Origin: Eubacteriales bacterium
Lineage (GTDB): Bacteria; Bacillota; Clostridia; Oscillospirales; SIG627
Assembly (NCBI GenBank): GCA_045657125.1
Contig: JAZOSM010000009.1
Coordinates: 1 to 48,601, forward strand
DNA length: 48,601 bases
Reading direction: 5' to 3'
Below the pieces are notes generated by a model. It searched no databases. It was not told where the DNA came from and saw only the letters and a program-made list of their open reading frames with translations. This document shows positions 47,073 to 48,601 of this stretch, piece after piece; the first letter of the stretch is position 1, and the number at the start of each line of letters is the position of its first letter. Position numbers and translations under genes: made by a program.

Positions 47073-48601
47073 TCAGCGCATCATCATAAAGGTTTCGGAC
47101 GCCATGTGACGCATATCGGCAAGATCCAGCTTGCGCTCGCTTGCGGGCGTGTTTCTCAGGTACTCCTCCAGATCTGCGAAGTACTGCATGGGAATGGACT
47201 GGTTGCGGGCGTGGGAGGGGATCAGGTAATCCTCTTTGATATTCTCCAAAAGGGTGATGACCTCCAGACGGAAGTTCTTCTGTGCAGCGGCAAGATCAGC
47301 CATCTGTCCGATGATCGCCTCGTCTTTGGATTCGGCGTAATTTGCAGCCATTTCGTCCAGATCCATCAGGGTGGTCCAGTCACGGAAAATGGCGGTGTAG
47401 AGCATCATTTCGTAGCGGTAACGCTTTGCAAGATCTGTTGCCTCGGGGTTCTTCTCGGCAATGGTTTCCCAAAGAGCGGAAGCCTGTTCTACCTGCAGCT
47501 GCATGGCGCGCAGATCGGCACAGAAGGCGGCATCATCACGGAGCTTGGGCATCAGCTCACCGGGATAATTGCGGGGATAATCTTTTCCGTCGAAATAGTA
47601 GGAGTAGCGGTAGTAGACCAGAGAGCTGAAGATCATTTCGCGGCGATTGGAAAGGGTGTTCTTGGGATCCTGAGGATTGGTCTGACGGGTTACGTCGTCC
47701 CAAAGGTCAAAGGCGCTCATTGCTTCTTCCACGGAGTTGGGGAAGTAGCGGCGCACGTAGCGTGCCTTTGCATCGTCCATAGAGCCGGTACCGTCGAAGT
47801 TCCAAGACCAGTCTGCCTGGAGCTGATTGGGTCTGTGGAAGGAGTTGTCCCAAGAGGAGTAGGAGCGCTTTGCTTCTGCACCGGAAGCGTGTGCCATCTT
47901 GATCATATGATAGATGTTTCCAACGGGATGGAATACGTGAGACCAATGATAGTAGCCGTTCCAGGGCTTGATGGAGCTGCGGAAGCCAAGCTCGGGATGA
48001 AGATTGGAGAAGTGAAGCTTTTCGGGAACATCGTTGTAGGCCCACCAGTCTACGCAGGCAATGTCCAAAAGACCGTGCTTTGCGAGAGCCTCCTTCAGAA
48101 GGGGAGAGTGGTCGGCGGGATCGGGCTTCAGCTTCGTCTTGTGCTCCACCACCATATCGTTGTACATATAAACGGTCTTGACTCCGCGGGAGTGCAGATG
48201 CTTCATCAGCTTTGCCGCGTGCTCGAAGAAGATTTCCTGACGGGTCTTTTCACGGCAGATGGGACACTGGCACCAAGCGTTGTGGCGATGGGTGATATCG
48301 GAGGGGTCAACGGCAAATTCGTTGCGGATCTCGTCCATACCGATGTCAAAGGATTCGATGGGGTTATCGGGGGTGCTGTAGCGGTCGATGATCTGATCGT
48401 ACAGATCAAAGAGGATCTCGTAGGTTTTGGGATTTGCGGTACAAAAGCCGGTATTGGCGGGATTGCCGTTTTCATCCTTGGCGGAAACCTCGGGATACAG
48501 TCTGGGGATCAGGGTATTGTGTCCCAGAGAGTTGAACATAGGAACGACCTCTACCCCGCGCTCCTTACCGTATGCGCGAAGCTCACCGAAGAAATCCTTC
48601 T
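47073..48601 (-). CDS. Glycoside hydrolase, GH20-like TIM-barrel (partial; N-terminus beyond the window end)
   Basis: The reading frame stays open upstream of the track's Met to the window edge (...KDFFGELRAYGKERGVEVVPMFNSLGHNT...). GVEVVPMFNSLGH and FDIGMDE resemble the GH20 G.xV.PE.D.PGH and H.GGDE motifs. Confidence 0.45.
   Translation of the reverse strand, partial: KDFFGELRAYGKERGVEVVPMFNSLGHNTLIPRLYPEVSAKDENGNPANTGFCTANPKTYEILFDLYDQIIDRYSTPDNPIESFDIGMDEIRNEFAVDPSDITHRHNAWCQCPICREKTRQEIFFEHAAKLMKHLHSRGVKTVYMYNDMVVEHKTKLKPDPADHSPLLKEALAKHGLLDIACVDWWAYNDVPEKLHFSNLHPELGFRSSIKPWNGYYHWSHVFHPVGNIYHMIKMAHASGAEAKRSYSSWDNSFHRPNQLQADWSWNFDGTGSMDDAKARYVRRYFPNSVEEAMSAFDLWDDVTRQTNPQDPKNTLSNRREMIFSSLVYYRYSYYFDGKDYPRNYPGELMPKLRDDAAFCADLRAMQLQVEQASALWETIAEKNPEATDLAKRYRYEMMLYTAIFRDWTTLMDLDEMAANYAESKDEAIIGQMADLAAAQKNFRLEVITLLENIKEDYLIPSHARNQSIPMQYFADLEEYLRNTPASERKLDLADMRHMASETFMMMR

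Overview
This window appears to come from the chromosome of a spore-forming Clostridia-type Firmicute. Supporting signs are dipicolinate synthase dpaAB, many lipobox lipoproteins and dockerin-type modules. I saw no rRNA, tRNA or CRISPR array.

1-12.8 kb is ordinary core genome: a partial GTP-dependent PEPCK on the minus strand (missing from the ORF track), an M16 peptidase pair, lgt, folD, three tandem trigger-factor-like PPIase lipoproteins, a LysR regulator, a YitT-family membrane protein and an amidohydrolase.

12.8-16.9 kb holds three tandem paralogous lipoproteins with a conserved Cys/His dyad and mosaic gene-conversion tracts.

17.1-38.5 kb looks accessory. It contains a dockerin plus DUF2927-like protein and an MBL hydrolase, both on the minus strand. 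Next is an orphan six-gene podovirus-like head/neck operon (portal, scaffold, capsid, adaptor and two more) with no terminase, tail-fibre, lysis or replication genes. A 206-aa Hin/Gin-type serine recombinase follows.

Immediately after the recombinase, two hix-like 26-bp sites in inverted orientation (perfect 22-bp inverted repeat) bracket a 134-bp segment. This segment lies upstream of a 1436-aa secreted CHAP / SH3b / Cys-repeat / LRR / cohesin-like / dockerin protein. It is my top candidate: a serine-invertase phase-variation switch (inverton).

The rest of the accessory region holds two more giant secreted proteins (1353 and 1180 aa), an IS30-type transposase relic, a 98-bp perfect direct repeat shared by the 3' ends of the two dockerin genes, and an unannotated 45-aa ORF.

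38.6-48.6 kb holds a lipoprotein, dpaB/dpaA, two tandem ceramidase-like lipoproteins, an AraC regulator, a fused double QueG/reductive-dehalogenase-like Fe-S protein and a partial GH20-like hydrolase.

All functional calls come from motif recognition by eye. No database or HMM search was possible.
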